From the NCBI GenBank assembly GCA_910592345.1, contig CAJVPI010000049.1:1-64000 (forward strand): a stretch of DNA of 64,000 nt, given 5' to 3'. The notes under the pieces were generated by a model. The model made no database searches, was not told where the DNA came from, and saw nothing but the letters and a program-made list of their open reading frames with translations. The stretch comes from Paraglomus brasilianum (lineage: Eukaryota). The number at the start of each line of letters is the position of its first letter. The first letter of the stretch is position 1. This document shows, one piece after another, positions 23,601 to 37,198 of the stretch. Position numbers and translations under genes: made by a program.

Positions 23601-25490
23601 ACTTCAAACATGATGAGTTTCATGACAGTTTTACAGTATATTAATATCGGATGGCAATAGTCGAACACTTCCGTGGATGACTTTAAAAAAAAGTCCTGAC
23701 CTTTACTCGCCAGATTGTTTATGCGACAACGTGATAATTTTGTCTAAACCCTGGATAAACTTGTTTTGTAACATTGACAGATGAGGAACACAAGGTTAAA
23801 AGAAACCATTAACAAGTTTAACAGATAGTGTGCCTCGCCATATACCAGCTGGTCATACGGTATGACCACAGCTAGCTAATGTGCCTTTATTAAATAAGCA
23901 AACATTAAACAAATTATCAACCAATAAATTCTCCTTGATTGATTATTGCATTTACCCTGTACGATTATCAGCAAAGATTACCAATACTTTTGGTGAGTGT
24001 AGCGCGAGGTCTATATTGGTGTAAATGTTTGATAATCTAAAAGGCGATACATTGGTGCAAGCGTTTGATAATCTTACCAAGAAAACTGTGAAGAAAGCGA
24101 TACATAAAAGATCGTATGACTGGAATTTAGTTTAACATCGCTAGACAATAGTCTTTATTTAAAATAATGTTCTCATTAGCATTAAGAGCCATGGTATGGC
24201 TTGGACCATAACAAGCCCGATCGTTGCAACAGAACATATTTTCAGATGTGATGCATTATGACACGCTAAATGACGACCCGCTAAGCAAATTTTGGTTGTA
24301 CTGCACTCTTGGATTTGAATAAAAATTAAAAGCCTTTAAAATTTCTTGATGTTATCTTTTTCGCGTGGAGTTGTTATTGCCATTTTGTCTTTATTATGAA
24401 CGTTTTCATTCTTAAGGTTAAGAAGTTTTGTTTTTTTCTCTTGTTTTTTAAAAAAAACGACACTATTATGATATACTTTGCACTTATCAAAACTCTTTAA
24501 TTCAGCATGAGATACGTTAATGTCGATTAAATAGGAAGCTTACGGGTTTGATAATGTAGTGGCCCGGGATTATAATACCCACTAGCGCGAGTTTGTCGTT
24601 GATTTTATGAAATTGATTTCAAAGCGTTTATTTCCGATGATCATCGTAAAATGGCTTTATGACAAAAAGCTGGAGCAACGTCCAACTGGGGGCGATGTAG
24701 GAGATGGTTAGGATGACCATCTAAATAGTGCGTGTGATTTTTATAAAAATTTTCGCTCTTATAACTATGTGCTTTATGAATTCCGTTCGTCGAGAATTCA
24801 CTATGCACATTATTAACACATTACATATAAGTTTTAAGAAAACATACGATAAAGTCACAGGTTCTCTACATGGAAAAAAAAAAAGATCTGTAGCAATTAT
24901 TGGGAATAGGCCCGGCAAGATATTATTATTAACCATACTGATAGCAATAATAATAATAGCATTTCTTGTGTAATAATGATTTTTTCTAAAACAAGTCTGG
25001 TCAAAAATTCGAAATAGATTTGCTTGTTCATTAGAGGTGATGATTTAATGAGACATGTCCTATAACGATAAATAGCACGTATCAAAATGGAGATTAGGTA
25101 TTCTAATTGCTTATTTTAATCTTGGATCGTATTATATAAAATAAAATGGGACAATTTCAAAAACGAATACCAGTAGAAATATCCAATTTATTATTATCTT
25201 AAATCATTTAAAACTATTGACTGAACTTGATATATTTTACGTTTACAATTTTATGGCGTGACTTGCATCGCGTTATACAATAGTCGTCTCTGTGTATAGT
25301 TCTCAGATAGAATATGCTAAACGTGTTGACGCCATAATAATACCGTTTTTGTGATTGAACATTTCAAAAAACATGGGATTGAATTACAATGTATTATAAT
25401 ATTTTATTGTTTATTTGCCGTTACTCGTGCTTTTATCGTTTAAATTCTATCTATTATTTTGATTTACTAAATACAGACTATCAATTTTCT

Positions 25491-28400
25491 TTACGTCTCA
25501 TCCATTTCATCATCTTCCTCTTCACTATCTTCAGCACCTTCTTGTGCATTAATTTCGAAATCTAACTCTTGATCACAACCCATATAAGAATCTGATAAAA
25601 AGTAAATTTTCAGATCATGCTTCCCGATTTCTGGCGGACAGGTGAAGTCTACTTTAACTTCAAGTGTCTTGTTCATAGTAATCCTTTTAATTCCAAGCAG
25701 AGAATTCTTCTTACTGTCACCTACAACAATCCACCATCCCTCATCCTTCTTTTGCGGATAATAAGGAGCAACAACGGGACCAACAATAGTCTCTGTATCT
25801 TCATCCTCATCCATTTCTCTCGTCAATTTAACATTAATTGATGCCTGGGATCCGGCAACTAACTCATCCTCATCCCTCACTGCGAATTGAAAATCGATAC
25901 TAGGATATCTGTTAACAAAGCGAGCCACTTCGCGGAGTTGCCGACTATCCATGCGGAGAACATCATCCCGATCTTCATCCTCCAACTCCATAAAATCAAA
26001 CACGGATTCGACTCCTTTCTCCTCACATCGTTTAATTATGTCGCTTGTAAAGTATGGAATTTGTTTTAACGGTGAATCACGATCCCACATGGCTTGTACG
26101 CACATCTGCGCCAACTCCATTGCCGCCAATGCTGGATTCAGCCATCCATTAGAACTGATCACGTCGACTATAGCCTGCAAAAGGGATATTACTTTGCCAA
26201 GTACAACTATCTGATCTGACTGCAAATCAGGCGGTAATTGGGTTCTAGAAAAGTGTGATTGGAGGAGGATGTTTGTTTTAATGTGCGGTGAATTAAACTT
26301 TGGATTACCAAGCTTAACAGGTAACCTATCGTATATCTTCTTGAGTAAGATGTCTTCGTGATGTCTGATTGGTATTCTTTCGAATTCAGCAGCTGATGAG
26401 ACAATCTCCAAGAGTCCCTTGAGCTTCGTTTTCTCTGCAAGACTCATGCCGAACATCTCGACTGTGATATAGCTGACATTATAATAGGCCGCAATCATAC
26501 CAAGATTCAGAGGAGATACATTCATTTCATCCTCGAGAGCGATACATTTGGAGGTAGTCAAGTCGTTAACTGTTGTCTCGACTAATTCTGACAGATGATC
26601 TGACAAATGCCGGTGGTCGGATCCCTGCATTCCATAATAATTGGGATTCTCAACCATACGACGGTACAAGAAAGTCCACGTGAGATAGTCAACAGCATCT
26701 TGTTTGTTACGTATTGTCTTCGTAACTATCTCGGCATTGAAATGGTCATGTAGATAATGATCAAGATGGGATTCTACAGGCAATGCTTCGTACAAGAATT
26801 TCTTATAGTAATCCTTCTTAATGCCTTGGCACATCAATACACACCGGCCAGTATCATCTTCTCTCGGTCGGCATGCGCGACCCATCATTTGAAGAACATC
26901 TGTTATTGGATAGTCAGCATAGCGGTGTTCTTTTCCTTCGAAATATTGAGTTCCCATAATAACTACCATGTGACAGCTCAGATTCAACCCCCAGCATGTA
27001 TCTCGGGAAGCAACTACAACCTGAATTGCGCCTGAATCGTACAATTGTCCTACTATCCTTTTATCCTGTTTACTAAGGGCTTCATGGTAAAAACCAACTC
27101 CATGACGCAAAGTCTCTACTAGAGCTTTATCGGTTACACGACTCAGATGCTCCTCGATATCTTCCAAGTTGGCATGTAAAAATCGATCAGGAGAGTCATC
27201 GGCAGCGCAAAACGTGAGCAGGTCAACCGCAGTCAATCGACATTGTTTCCTTGACGGTACAAAGATGAGCGCAGGTCTATCTGCTGAATAGCTGGTAATT
27301 GCAACATAAGTGGGCTTAGCCATTGCCATCATTAGAGAGGCAAAGTGTGGGATGCCGTAACTTTGAATATGTATCTCCAGAGGAACGGGTCGTACACTTG
27401 GGTGAAAATTGAATATGGTTTGCGGAGGGCATCCAACCCATTCACCTAAATCTTGAGCATTGGCAAGTGACGTGCTCAGACACACTATTCTGATGGGATT
27501 GCCCGTATCGTGAGCGATAAATCTCATACGGGACAATACTATTTCATAAGTGGGACCAACATCACTGCCAATGAGATGTAATTCATCTGCAATAACTAAT
27601 GCGACTGTCTGTACATTCTTTCGTTGTCTCCACCTGCGAGATAAGACATCCCATTGAGTTGGTGTAGCAAAGATAACATCTCCCGCTTCCAATAACTTCA
27701 AATCCGCACTCGTCTCTCCGGTAAGTGCGACGACGTTCTTTCCCTCTTTATAGTTGCTAAACTTTTGTTTCCACTCTGCCATCTGTAAATCAATCACTTC
27801 TTGGAATGGGGCAATATAAACACATCTGCCTCTGTCTGATTTACTCCACAGACGAAGAAGAGCAAACTCAGCGCATACGGTTTTACCGCTTCCAGTTGGA
27901 GCTCCAACAAACACATTATCGTCGCTATTATATAAAGCGTTGAATACTTGGGTCTGGATGGGATTAAACTTATCAACCCAAGAACTATACAATACTTCAG
28001 CTTCACGGTTGCGCAACGCAGAGACGGGTAACGGCTGCAAATCGAGAAGTTCTGTGTGAGGGGGGTATTTTTTAGGAAGAATCAGGTGTCTAAATGAAAT
28101 TGGTAACTTGGTCTCACAATGAAGCCATCTGTCTGAGATTACGGATATAAAGTAATTGGGTGGCAATGGTTCGAATAGAGGTACGGTGAATGTGATAGCA
28201 TGGTCTTCTTCGGCGTACCTCTGCTTGAGGATGAATGAATCATGATAGAGAATAACTTCGCCATCCACATCTTCTACTAAGACCCAAAATGCTTCAGCTG
28301 TTCCGTGAACTTTTTCATCCCACTGGAAATCAGGCGTAATTTTGAGTTCTATTCTCAGTAATGATCGAGTAATTGGCTGAACAAAAGTCTGGATTTCTAG

Positions 28401-31400
28401 TTTTGGAAATTGATGGACGAATTTATGAATCGTCTTCCCGGCCTTGGGAATTCCAATAAATTCTCCAATTTCCTGTGGATTAAGATCAAAGTATCTCTCC
28501 CATGGGAAGTCCTTCTTTTCAATTCTTTTGATCAAGTCTAGTGGCAATTGTCTAAATTGTCGTAGTGGAGTCATTGATAGCCACATGCGTTTATCTACCA
28601 TTTTACAGAGATCCAAAGCTCTTCTGGATAATTGCGCCCATCCGCGTCTCAGACATATCTCAAACATTGCTCTTAGGATTCTGTTAGCTGATTGAGTGAC
28701 ATAAACCATGTCCGAAACAAGAGCGAATCCCTCCAGGCTAAGTTTAGATATGTAAGCTTGTAGTAGGACATTTATCTTTGCAGTTGATTCCTCGATACCC
28801 TCTTTCACAGGTTCAGGCACACGCTCTAACAGTTTGGATAGTTCAAGCTTCTCTTCCTCCCTCACGGGAATGTGTTTGAATTCATCAGAGAGCGCAAATA
28901 CTCTGAATAATTCGATGTGACCCATCATTGGTTTCAAATGCTGGTTATAGGTAGCCATTGAGCTGTGAGTGATATAGTAGTGTGAGGCGATACGACCTAA
29001 TTCTGTAACTTGGAATCTACCAGTTTTCTTGTCGTATTTAATTAGATTCGATTTATCAAGCAGAAGAGCGGCGGAATGGATCAGATCAACGCGTTTCTGC
29101 TCTAGAGAAGGATCTTCTTCGCAGTCTTCTAATTTAATTCCATATAATGTTGGATTACGCAACATCCTCACGTAGAGATAGGTATATCCTAGCCATTGTA
29201 CTGCTTCATCACGATTACGCACTGTGCCAAGGATGATTTCTGCATTCAAGTTATCGGCCAATTTGCTAACAAACTGACTTTCAATCGGCAGTTGTTGATT
29301 GAGAAGTGACAAGTAATATTGTAGCTCGGTGTTAGAAGTGATTGTGATACCTTCACCTTCAGTATCGTACTGAGGTCTACCAGCTCGACCTAACATCTGC
29401 AGAACGTCCTCTGGACTAAGTTCGACCCATCGGCCCTTCTCGGGAGAGTATATTTGGGTGCCTTTGATAATGACTGTATGCGCAGGCAGATTGACGCCCC
29501 ACGCCAGGGTGGCTGTGGAAACCAACACCTGAATATGCTTACCATCAAATAATTCCTCTACTAATGTACGATCAGCACGGGTCATACCAGCGTGATGGAT
29601 AGCAAAACCATAAGGTAACAAGTCTTGAAGATTGGTATCTTTGACCGTTGTTGATTCAGTTTGTAAAATTTCACGACTAGCAGAATCCTCTCTCAGGAAT
29701 CTACCAATTGAATCTTTCTCTAGAGCCATGTCACGAATAGTTTTGGCTGTCTTGGCTGTCTCTTTGCGTGAATGCACAAATATCAATACCTGGTTGCGAC
29801 CAGCTCGTTCCATGACTTTTTGATAAGTTACTTCGTTCATTACTTGGAATCGCTTTATAGCCTTTTTCTCCGTTACGCCAATAAACTCTTGTTTCAATGG
29901 ACATGGTCTGTATGTACTATCAAAAAAGAAGAGACCTTTTTTTTCGTCGACTCGTAAAAAGGTGGCTACATCATTGTAGTTGGGTAACGTAGCCGATAGT
30001 CCAACTAGTCTAATCAACTCTTGGGTCTGCTCCATATGTCTGATAGTACGAGAAACTATGCTCTCTATAACTGGACCACGATCGTCATGTAGAAGATGGA
30101 TCTCATCGATAATTATGAGTTTTACCAAATTAGTATAACTTCTATCTGTTGCTTTCCTAGTGATTACGTCCCATTTTTCAGGAGTGGTAATAATAATTTG
30201 CGTTTCTGCTATTTGTTGTTTAGTAAGTTGACGGTCACCTGTTAACTCAGCCACCTTGATGCTATAAGGTTGTAATTTAACCGAAAAATTGCCTACCATT
30301 TCTTGCACTAATGCTTTCATTGGTGCAACATATACGATCTTGAATGCATCTAAATCAATCGCACCAGTGTCCTCATCGCGATGCTTGCCAATTTCATTTA
30401 ATATACAAAGCATAGCTACGTTAGTTTTACCAGCACCCGTTGGCGCACAAAGTAATATATTCTCATCCGTCTTGAATGCAGCGGGATATACTCTACTTTG
30501 TACTCTGTTGAGTTTTTCAGTACCTTTAAACGCAGCATGAGCCCATTCGGGCATATCAGAGATAAGTAATTCTTTCTCATCAGCCGCGAACGGTTTCGGT
30601 TTGGGGGCAGGCACGTGAATTTCCTCATAGCCTTTGAATAATCTCTTGAATGAGCCATCAGGTAATTTACACTTCTTATTGGTCATCAAATGTCCACCTT
30701 GAGCAAACATCAGCGATTCTAGATCGATGACACTTTTGGGTGCAACAGTCACTCCCGGTGGTAACGTAGCCTTAACAGCAGCAGGTAATGGTCCCTGAAT
30801 AAGCGCCGGTCTCTCGTCTATTTCCATGGCATTCTCAACAACCCCTTTGCGAGCAGCCCCTTCACCTCTGCGTATTCTCTCTCCACTAAGATCCTTAAGA
30901 ATCCATTTCACTCCCTTTTCGCTCATTTCACGTTCCAATTGTTGTCTCTCTGCATCTGTACTGACTCTGGCCAACTTAGTACACCATAATATAAGATCTC
31001 GATTACGGGTAAGTATCTTGACTAGATCAAACTTATCATAATCAAACAAATTCATTAATTCGTTTTCACAATCGCGAGTATTAATATCAGATGCCAGAAT
31101 CTGCATTGTACTAGTAGTCTTCTCTTGTGCTGTATGTGGATCCGAATAGTAGTTGGCTATCAAACGCTGTAGCCAGAAAGCGTCGATATCATGAGGAGAA
31201 ATCTTCTGATCTGCCTGAGCTCCTGTTATCTTAACCGATTTACTAATCTCTGGACCTATTACAGTTTTAAATCCTTCGTTCTCATCTTCTGATAAGCGTG
31301 CTTTGTCTTCATCCTCTTTCACAGTACCCACACCGAGCACACCAGTTGTTTCTGCCTCAACACCTGCCTCGTCATCATCTTCTTCCGATTCGACCTCAAA

Positions 31401-32090
31401 TTTTCCATATTCATCTTCATCCTCTTCCTCTTCGTCAAACACTACAGCAACGCCTAACTCATCGTCTATTTCACCGGCGCGCTCACCGTCCTTGTCGATG
31501 TCCATAGCATCTCCAGTTTGGTAATCTGTGATCTTCTTCCCAAGATTAATAAGCTGTGCAAACCTTTCAGCCTTAAGTGTCCCAATAATGCTTTCTATCT
31601 CCTTCTTCTTATCAAAATCTTTCAAGGTATCAGTTTTCAGTATTTCCAATACATTATCAGCTGCACTGCGAATGACATCTTGGACTTGATCGCCAAGGTT
31701 CTGGTGAACAAAGGCGAGAATTAACTCATATGTCTCACGAGTTTCTTTTGTTCTGGGACGGTAGCTTAAACCTTCAAGATCTTCCGTAGCAGCCAGGACG
31801 TTAGAATACCCATAGGCTTTCTTTAGTGCACTCTCTTCCTTCTTCCGTCGTTTCATCTCTGCAGCTTCCTCGGCCCTTATTGCCTTTTCTTTTTTTGCTT
31901 TCAAATCTTTTATACTAGTCCTCTGCGCTTTATTTCCAAAATCTTTTGGATTGATCTTTCCCCATAGTGATTCCGGTTCTCCAGAGGGTTCATGATCTCG
32001 ACGAGGCAGCTCTGATCTATTTGCCTGAAGTACTAGATTGGAGTTGGCAGTATATTGATATTGATTGCCTCTAGCTATTTGTTCTGCCAT
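25491..32090 (-). CDS. BRR2: U5 snRNP 200-kDa spliceosomal helicase Brr2/SNRNP200, single exon, 2199 aa
   Basis: N-terminal [16 protein letters not shown]-like IDAFWLQR, and two Ski2-like helicase cassettes ([37 protein letters not shown]), each followed by a Sec63 unit; ends DSYMGCDQE. Confidence 0.99.
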   Translation of the reverse strand: MAEQIARGNQYQYTANSNLVLQANRSELPRRDHEPSGEPESLWGKINPKDFGNKAQRTSIKDLKAKKEKAIRAEEAAEMKRRKKEESALKKAYGYSNVLAATEDLEGLSYRPRTKETRETYELILAFVHQNLGDQVQDVIRSAADNVLEILKTDTLKDFDKKKEIESIIGTLKAERFAQLINLGKKITDYQTGDAMDIDKDGERAGEIDDELGVAVVFDEEEEDEDEYGKFEVESEEDDDEAGVEAETTGVLGVGTVKEDEDKARLSEDENEGFKTVIGPEISKSVKITGAQADQKISPHDIDAFWLQRLIANYYSDPHTAQEKTTSTMQILASDINTRDCENELMNLFDYDKFDLVKILTRNRDLILWCTKLARVSTDAERQQLEREMSEKGVKWILKDLSGERIRRGEGAARKGVVENAMEIDERPALIQGPLPAAVKATLPPGVTVAPKSVIDLESLMFAQGGHLMTNKKCKLPDGSFKRLFKGYEEIHVPAPKPKPFAADEKELLISDMPEWAHAAFKGTEKLNRVQSRVYPAAFKTDENILLCAPTGAGKTNVAMLCILNEIGKHRDEDTGAIDLDAFKIVYVAPMKALVQEMVGNFSVKLQPYSIKVAELTGDRQLTKQQIAETQIIITTPEKWDVITRKATDRSYTNLVKLIIIDEIHLLHDDRGPVIESIVSRTIRHMEQTQELIRLVGLSATLPNYNDVATFLRVDEKKGLFFFDSTYRPCPLKQEFIGVTEKKAIKRFQVMNEVTYQKVMERAGRNQVLIFVHSRKETAKTAKTIRDMALEKDSIGRFLREDSASREILQTESTTVKDTNLQDLLPYGFAIHHAGMTRADRTLVEELFDGKHIQVLVSTATLAWGVNLPAHTVIIKGTQIYSPEKGRWVELSPEDVLQMLGRAGRPQYDTEGEGITITSNTELQYYLSLLNQQLPIESQFVSKLADNLNAEIILGTVRNRDEAVQWLGYTYLYVRMLRNPTLYGIKLEDCEEDPSLEQKRVDLIHSAALLLDKSNLIKYDKKTGRFQVTELGRIASHYYITHSSMATYNQHLKPMMGHIELFRVFALSDEFKHIPVREEEKLELSKLLERVPEPVKEGIEESTAKINVLLQAYISKLSLEGFALVSDMVYVTQSANRILRAMFEICLRRGWAQLSRRALDLCKMVDKRMWLSMTPLRQFRQLPLDLIKRIEKKDFPWERYFDLNPQEIGEFIGIPKAGKTIHKFVHQFPKLEIQTFVQPITRSLLRIELKITPDFQWDEKVHGTAEAFWVLVEDVDGEVILYHDSFILKQRYAEEDHAITFTVPLFEPLPPNYFISVISDRWLHCETKLPISFRHLILPKKYPPHTELLDLQPLPVSALRNREAEVLYSSWVDKFNPIQTQVFNALYNSDDNVFVGAPTGSGKTVCAEFALLRLWSKSDRGRCVYIAPFQEVIDLQMAEWKQKFSNYKEGKNVVALTGETSADLKLLEAGDVIFATPTQWDVLSRRWRQRKNVQTVALVIADELHLIGSDVGPTYEIVLSRMRFIAHDTGNPIRIVCLSTSLANAQDLGEWVGCPPQTIFNFHPSVRPVPLEIHIQSYGIPHFASLMMAMAKPTYVAITSYSADRPALIFVPSRKQCRLTAVDLLTFCAADDSPDRFLHANLEDIEEHLSRVTDKALVETLRHGVGFYHEALSKQDKRIVGQLYDSGAIQVVVASRDTCWGLNLSCHMVVIMGTQYFEGKEHRYADYPITDVLQMMGRACRPREDDTGRCVLMCQGIKKDYYKKFLYEALPVESHLDHYLHDHFNAEIVTKTIRNKQDAVDYLTWTFLYRRMVENPNYYGMQGSDHRHLSDHLSELVETTVNDLTTSKCIALEDEMNVSPLNLGMIAAYYNVSYITVEMFGMSLAEKTKLKGLLEIVSSAAEFERIPIRHHEDILLKKIYDRLPVKLGNPKFNSPHIKTNILLQSHFSRTQLPPDLQSDQIVVLGKVISLLQAIVDVISSNGWLNPALAAMELAQMCVQAMWDRDSPLKQIPYFTSDIIKRCEEKGVESVFDFMELEDEDRDDVLRMDSRQLREVARFVNRYPSIDFQFAVRDEDELVAGSQASINVKLTREMDEDEDTETIVGPVVAPYYPQKKDEGWWIVVGDSKKNSLLGIKRITMNKTLEVKVDFTCPPEIGKHDLKIYFLSDSYMGCDQELDFEINAQEGAEDSEEEDDEMDET

Positions 32091-32708
32091 CTTGTTCGTA
32101 TATTAAGGAACGAATAAACCGTGTATGTTAGAGAGAATGAAAATACTTGTCTGCGTTGAAGCACGATCGACTCAAATCTTGGTGTTACACAACATTACAA
32201 AAATTTATGCGTGGTCATCACTTGATCTACATTAACATGGGCCAAGGCTATGTAAGAAATTAGCTACGCGAAATAATCGACCCAATGTTTACAACCACCT
32301 GCCCCGCTGATTTCTAAATAAAGGATAAGAATTGCACGTATTCAGATACTACCACGGTATTGATTATTGCGTGTATCTTTTGGTAGCCTAATCCATAGTC
32401 GATCAATGTAACGTTGATATTTCAATTTTCACTTATAAGAATAATATTAATAATTTTATTTAATGTGATGTTAAGGATGATATGTACTATGTGTATGATA
32501 CTCCTCGTATCACGCATGCTTATAAACACCATCAGCGTGTGGCCAATAAAAACACGCTAAAATATCTTGTTATGACTATTAACGCGTGTCGGCCAAATCA
32601 CTGACATTTACCAAAGAAACAACCCCCCCTTTTGTAACTAGAACAACTCACTAGTTAGCGGAAGAATAATAATACTAAATTTATTACATGACTCTATGCT
32701 TTACATGG

Positions 32709-34214
32709 TTATTGTTCCATCAAATCTCTTGGTTTGTCATAGTCGATAGTGCTCAACCACTTCCATTCACCCTTGTAATTGGCTAAAGAGCAAATAATAT
32801 AAATATCAGAAATATTATATAAATCTAATAATTGTTGCATGACTCCAAACTCACCTTTCCATAGGCGCACTTTCCCATCATCACCAGATGAAGCTAAAAT
32901 AGTACCCGTTATATTCCATTCCACCCGCCATACCTGTTGTAGACAAACAGTCGAACAAACCATTGAGCAAGCAGTGGACATGCAAACCAGTTTTTCACAA
33001 GCAACAATTGCCATACCTCAGCACCATGATCAGAGAATTCTGCAATTGTATTGACGTTAAACACGTATCCTGACTCTGTCGGCGTCAGCTTGTATATTCT
33101 GACGGTATGATCTTTCGATGCAGTTGCGATGAGTTGATAGCTCCTATAATATAACCCATTTATTCAATAAAGTATCTAAAAGACGCAATGTATTCATATA
33201 CAATTGCATACCTTCCCATTGCGGGGGCCCAACTAATGTCGTGTATGGTATCTTTATGGCCAGATAGTGTTATAATTGCAGTCCAATTATTTATCGCATT
33301 CTGTCTATATATCTACAAATCAAATTTATTACGTTTGTTATATGGTCATCCGACTACAACGCATTCTCACCAATGATGATTCGAACAACTCACCCGTGCT
33401 TCCTTTCCACAGCCAACAGCAATCATTGGTGCATGAAATCGAGATGGACACCACGATATACAATAGTTACCTTCTGCCTCTTTCATATGGACATTACCAG
33501 ATACATTAAACTCCTCTAGCGGTGTCCATTTCTTTAGGTTAGTGACTTCCATTGCTTCATACATTCTTATAGTTCCATCTGCTGATGCAGCGGCCTTAAA
33601 GATGTGTTAACAGATTAATAAAATTCATAAAGTAGGCTGATCGAATCACTAACAAATGCCTAACAGAATTACCAATTTCAATCCATGTAAATTCGGAGCA
33701 AATTCTATATCTTGTACGGCGCTCTTACTCTCTGTTAGTCGAGCCCTCATTCCAAAACGGTTATCACTATTCTTTGGCTCTATTGTGAAGCAAATTGTCT
33801 AATTAGTCGATGCTGTCAACGTAAAGTGAACCCCCAACCAACCAACAAAACAAGGATAATTTACCATGTTCTTGTTCCTCCCATATGCGAACAGTACGGT
33901 CAAAGGAACAAGAGGCTATGACCTGACCGTACTCAGGGTGGGCCCAAGCAACGCGAAGTATCGATCCATCATGAGCCTATAAACCATATAACCAGTCAAT
34001 TTCTCGCTAAAATTTGCCAGTCTAAAAAACTATCTATCTCTCAGACTCTGCCATGTACCTTCCAAGTAGCGACATCTTCCCAAACACCTGTCTCCTCTAC
34101 AAATTCCCGGACTTTCAAACGCTGATCCGAAGAGCAAGTAACAAGTCGCTTACCATAGAAATCATAAGCGACATCGTGAATTAGATCCTCATGCCCTGCG
34201 TCAAAGCTAGTCAT
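32709..34214 (-). CDS. SEH1: Nucleoporin/GATOR2 WD40 protein Seh1, 8 exons
   Basis: Spliced product [35 protein letters not shown]...[34 protein letters not shown]...[12 protein letters not shown]...[20 protein letters not shown]...[26 protein letters not shown]. All introns are GT-AG. Confidence 0.95.
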
Positions 34215-35021
34215 TGCTGATTGAATTTCAAAAATGCCGCGGAAGATGATGTTAGTTAATATTAATATAGTAATAGTAATGGTTATAAGCGCGGAATGAT
34301 ATATCACGTGTTAGATTATTAAAATCTCCGGATTATCAGTGCCACAGATTTCCATATTTTGACAAACTATTGGTCTGGAAATTTTAAAGTATAGTGATAA
34401 ATGATAAACCCTGCTATATAAATCTACATGCAATGGGTGATTTCGCTTAATATTAATATCCGAGAGTAAAACACAACCTACTATTCATTATAGTAATAGT
34501 GACATTTACTTTTATACACTAGTTCAAATTAGTCTATTTGTGTTAGTTATAATCGACGATTATTAGGTACTGCGCCCTGCTAATATCAAGTCAGTTAGCT
34601 TATGCCAAACATCCAATTAGAGACTAAGTACTGTTGCTCTCCGATACAACAGTTATCGTAGCACTTTTGCTAATATACAATCATCTCGATGACGACAAAC
34701 CTCGCTCGGAGGTCACGAGACCATAACTTTCGTACTGCATATAGAATGTCTGCTTCTCGCTTGATGAGCGAATAAAATTATTTTAACAAAAGTCTGTATT
34801 CATATGTTCATATTTATTAAATTGGTTATTAACTTCTAAGTGAAAAAAAAAGGGGGAGTCAAACTCGTGTCTGGTTTGTTGAATAATACCAAGATGTGTC
34901 AGCTGTCAGCGAAAGAGCGATTTGATTATTGTCGTAATCTAGAATTGTTAAACCTTTCTATTCAATCGTATATATATATACAAATATTACCCGTTGAGAT
35001 TAGACAAACGCCCTAAATAAG

Positions 35022-37162
35022 CTAATTTGTTCTTCGCGATCTTAAAGATCCGTTCGCGTACGTCTTGCCATTACCATTGGGTACTGTTGGTACTTTTTGC
35101 GATGGATAGTAAAAGTGTGCGGCCGTAGCTTCAAGCCTGCTCTTCACCCATCCGAATGTAACGTCCTTTGATTTGTTAGACCACCAAACGTCAAGATGGC
35201 CATGATCATTTACAACATGTCTATCGTACAAATCTTCTCCATTGACATGCATCAAGAGATCATACGATCGTTTGGTTGATTCGGGGTCAAATCTAGGGTA
35301 AACAATAATAGACATTATTAGCCGCGGATTCCAATTTCCTCACTATAAATACGCGAGCAAAACGTCTTCTCTCGTAAAAATGCTTACACTGCATTCTTCT
35401 CTCCACAGACAAATGCAATGGGAAAATTGAGTTTATCTCTAATATTCTTCTCGTTAACGTAAATGTCTTCCCCGCTTGCTTTCACAAGTTTCTCTTTCTT
35501 GAGTACCAATGACGCGTGTGCCATGGTTGTGATATTAACAGTTCCGAAGAATAGATGTTGATCATTATGAAGATGTTCATTGATATTTTCATGCCTATAC
35601 AACGGGCCATAGCAGAAAGTTGCTCTGTGACACAAAGCGTTACGACAAAATTGTCCTCTCCCAAATGGAAGAAAACGGAAAATGAAATCCAAGAATTTGT
35701 TCAATACGTTGGTATCACGCGACGTTCGTACGTCGAAGAATTTTTGTCCCAATAAACCCCGGAAGACATGGAGTAAACCGGTAGCATTTTTAACCTTATT
35801 GAAAAGGCTAGGAATTGGATGCATTCCCTGGAAACAATTAAGGAGAAAAAAGAAACATATACATGGTGTCAAATCAAACAAATGCACAAAAGATTACTCT
35901 GATTATCGGAAATAATATCAATTAAAGCTACTTACCACTTGTGATGCAATAAATGATCCAACACCCACGATTTCGCCAGTCAGCAATCCGATAAACGTAG
36001 CCATTGATCCTAAACAATGACTAATAACTGCAATCTTCTCCACTCTGCACACCTCTCGAACTTTGTTCACACCAGCAGCAATGTCTGAAGCCAAATCATC
36101 CAACGTATGTTGCTCCTGAGAAGCCCTAACAGTTGGTGACAATCTATAGTCTATTAACCACACATCGTAGTCTTGCTCAAGCAAGTAATCGCACAAATTA
36201 TTTTTCTGGAGATCAGTTGTCCACATCTCGTGTGTCATTGCTGCGCCATGAACCTACAAATAACATACAAGAATATTATCAAGTGCACGGTTTCACGAAT
36301 TCATCAAGGTTTCACGAATTGAATTTACTTACCAGAAGAACAGGTGCTTTCAAGTTACGGCCACGTAGTCTATATCTACGTAATTTACCAATTACTCCAT
36401 CCTTTGCCGTGAATGTATAAGATTCCTCGATTCTGTCCTGCAACGAATATGATTTCTGGTTGTTGTATACCGGAATACTATCTTCAGGATATTCGAGTGG
36501 AAGAAATGCTGGGATATAGTGATCCAAGAAGCGCGTGAAGAAGTACTTCAAAAATGTAAAATACGTCCTCAATTTTGACCATTCTGTCTGGCCGGTAGCC
36601 TAAAACGTTTATAAAGCAAAGGAAATTATATGACAAGTACGAAACAAAAATTTTCAAAATCTAAAGAGATACTGACCTCTAGCGTAGTCAATTGATCGAG
36701 GAAATTGCAAACTCCGATTCTCAAAATTCCCAACCCAATAATCTTTCTCGGTTCATTGAATGTCTTTACGGTGACATACAAAGTTGATGTCTGTTTCCAA
36801 GCATTAAATATATTGGAATTCTTTACAAATTTAAACCCTTCAAATGTGTATTGCTTCCCGCCTGTATCTACCAGATTCATGTTGTACATCATTCGAGCGC
36901 TGTCAACGTGGCTGTTATCCTCGACATAAATACGGAATTTGCCACTAGTAACCATTAGAGGATCTGGAGATAACGCGCGACATGAAACAGTTCCTACAAT
37001 ATCAGCCGTTTGGTTATCAATGCTGGTTAAAGTGTCGTAATCGTATGCTATAATAGTCAGAAGGAATTGCATTCTAGATTCGGATGATTGGGCTTGGTCT
37101 GTCGTTAAAAACATTTAGATAGTTGAGCAATAATTAATAAAATTACGTATTTCAACAAATAC

Positions 37163-37198
<36 letters not shown>

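Noticed and set aside
25617..31724. Numerous short ORFs overlapping BRR2
   Set aside because: Antisense or alternate-frame shadows of a highly conserved gene.
37164..37196. 33-nt poly(A) as a retroposon tail
   Set aside because: It is a poly-T tract just inside a GMC-gene intron, with no TSD or retro-element body.
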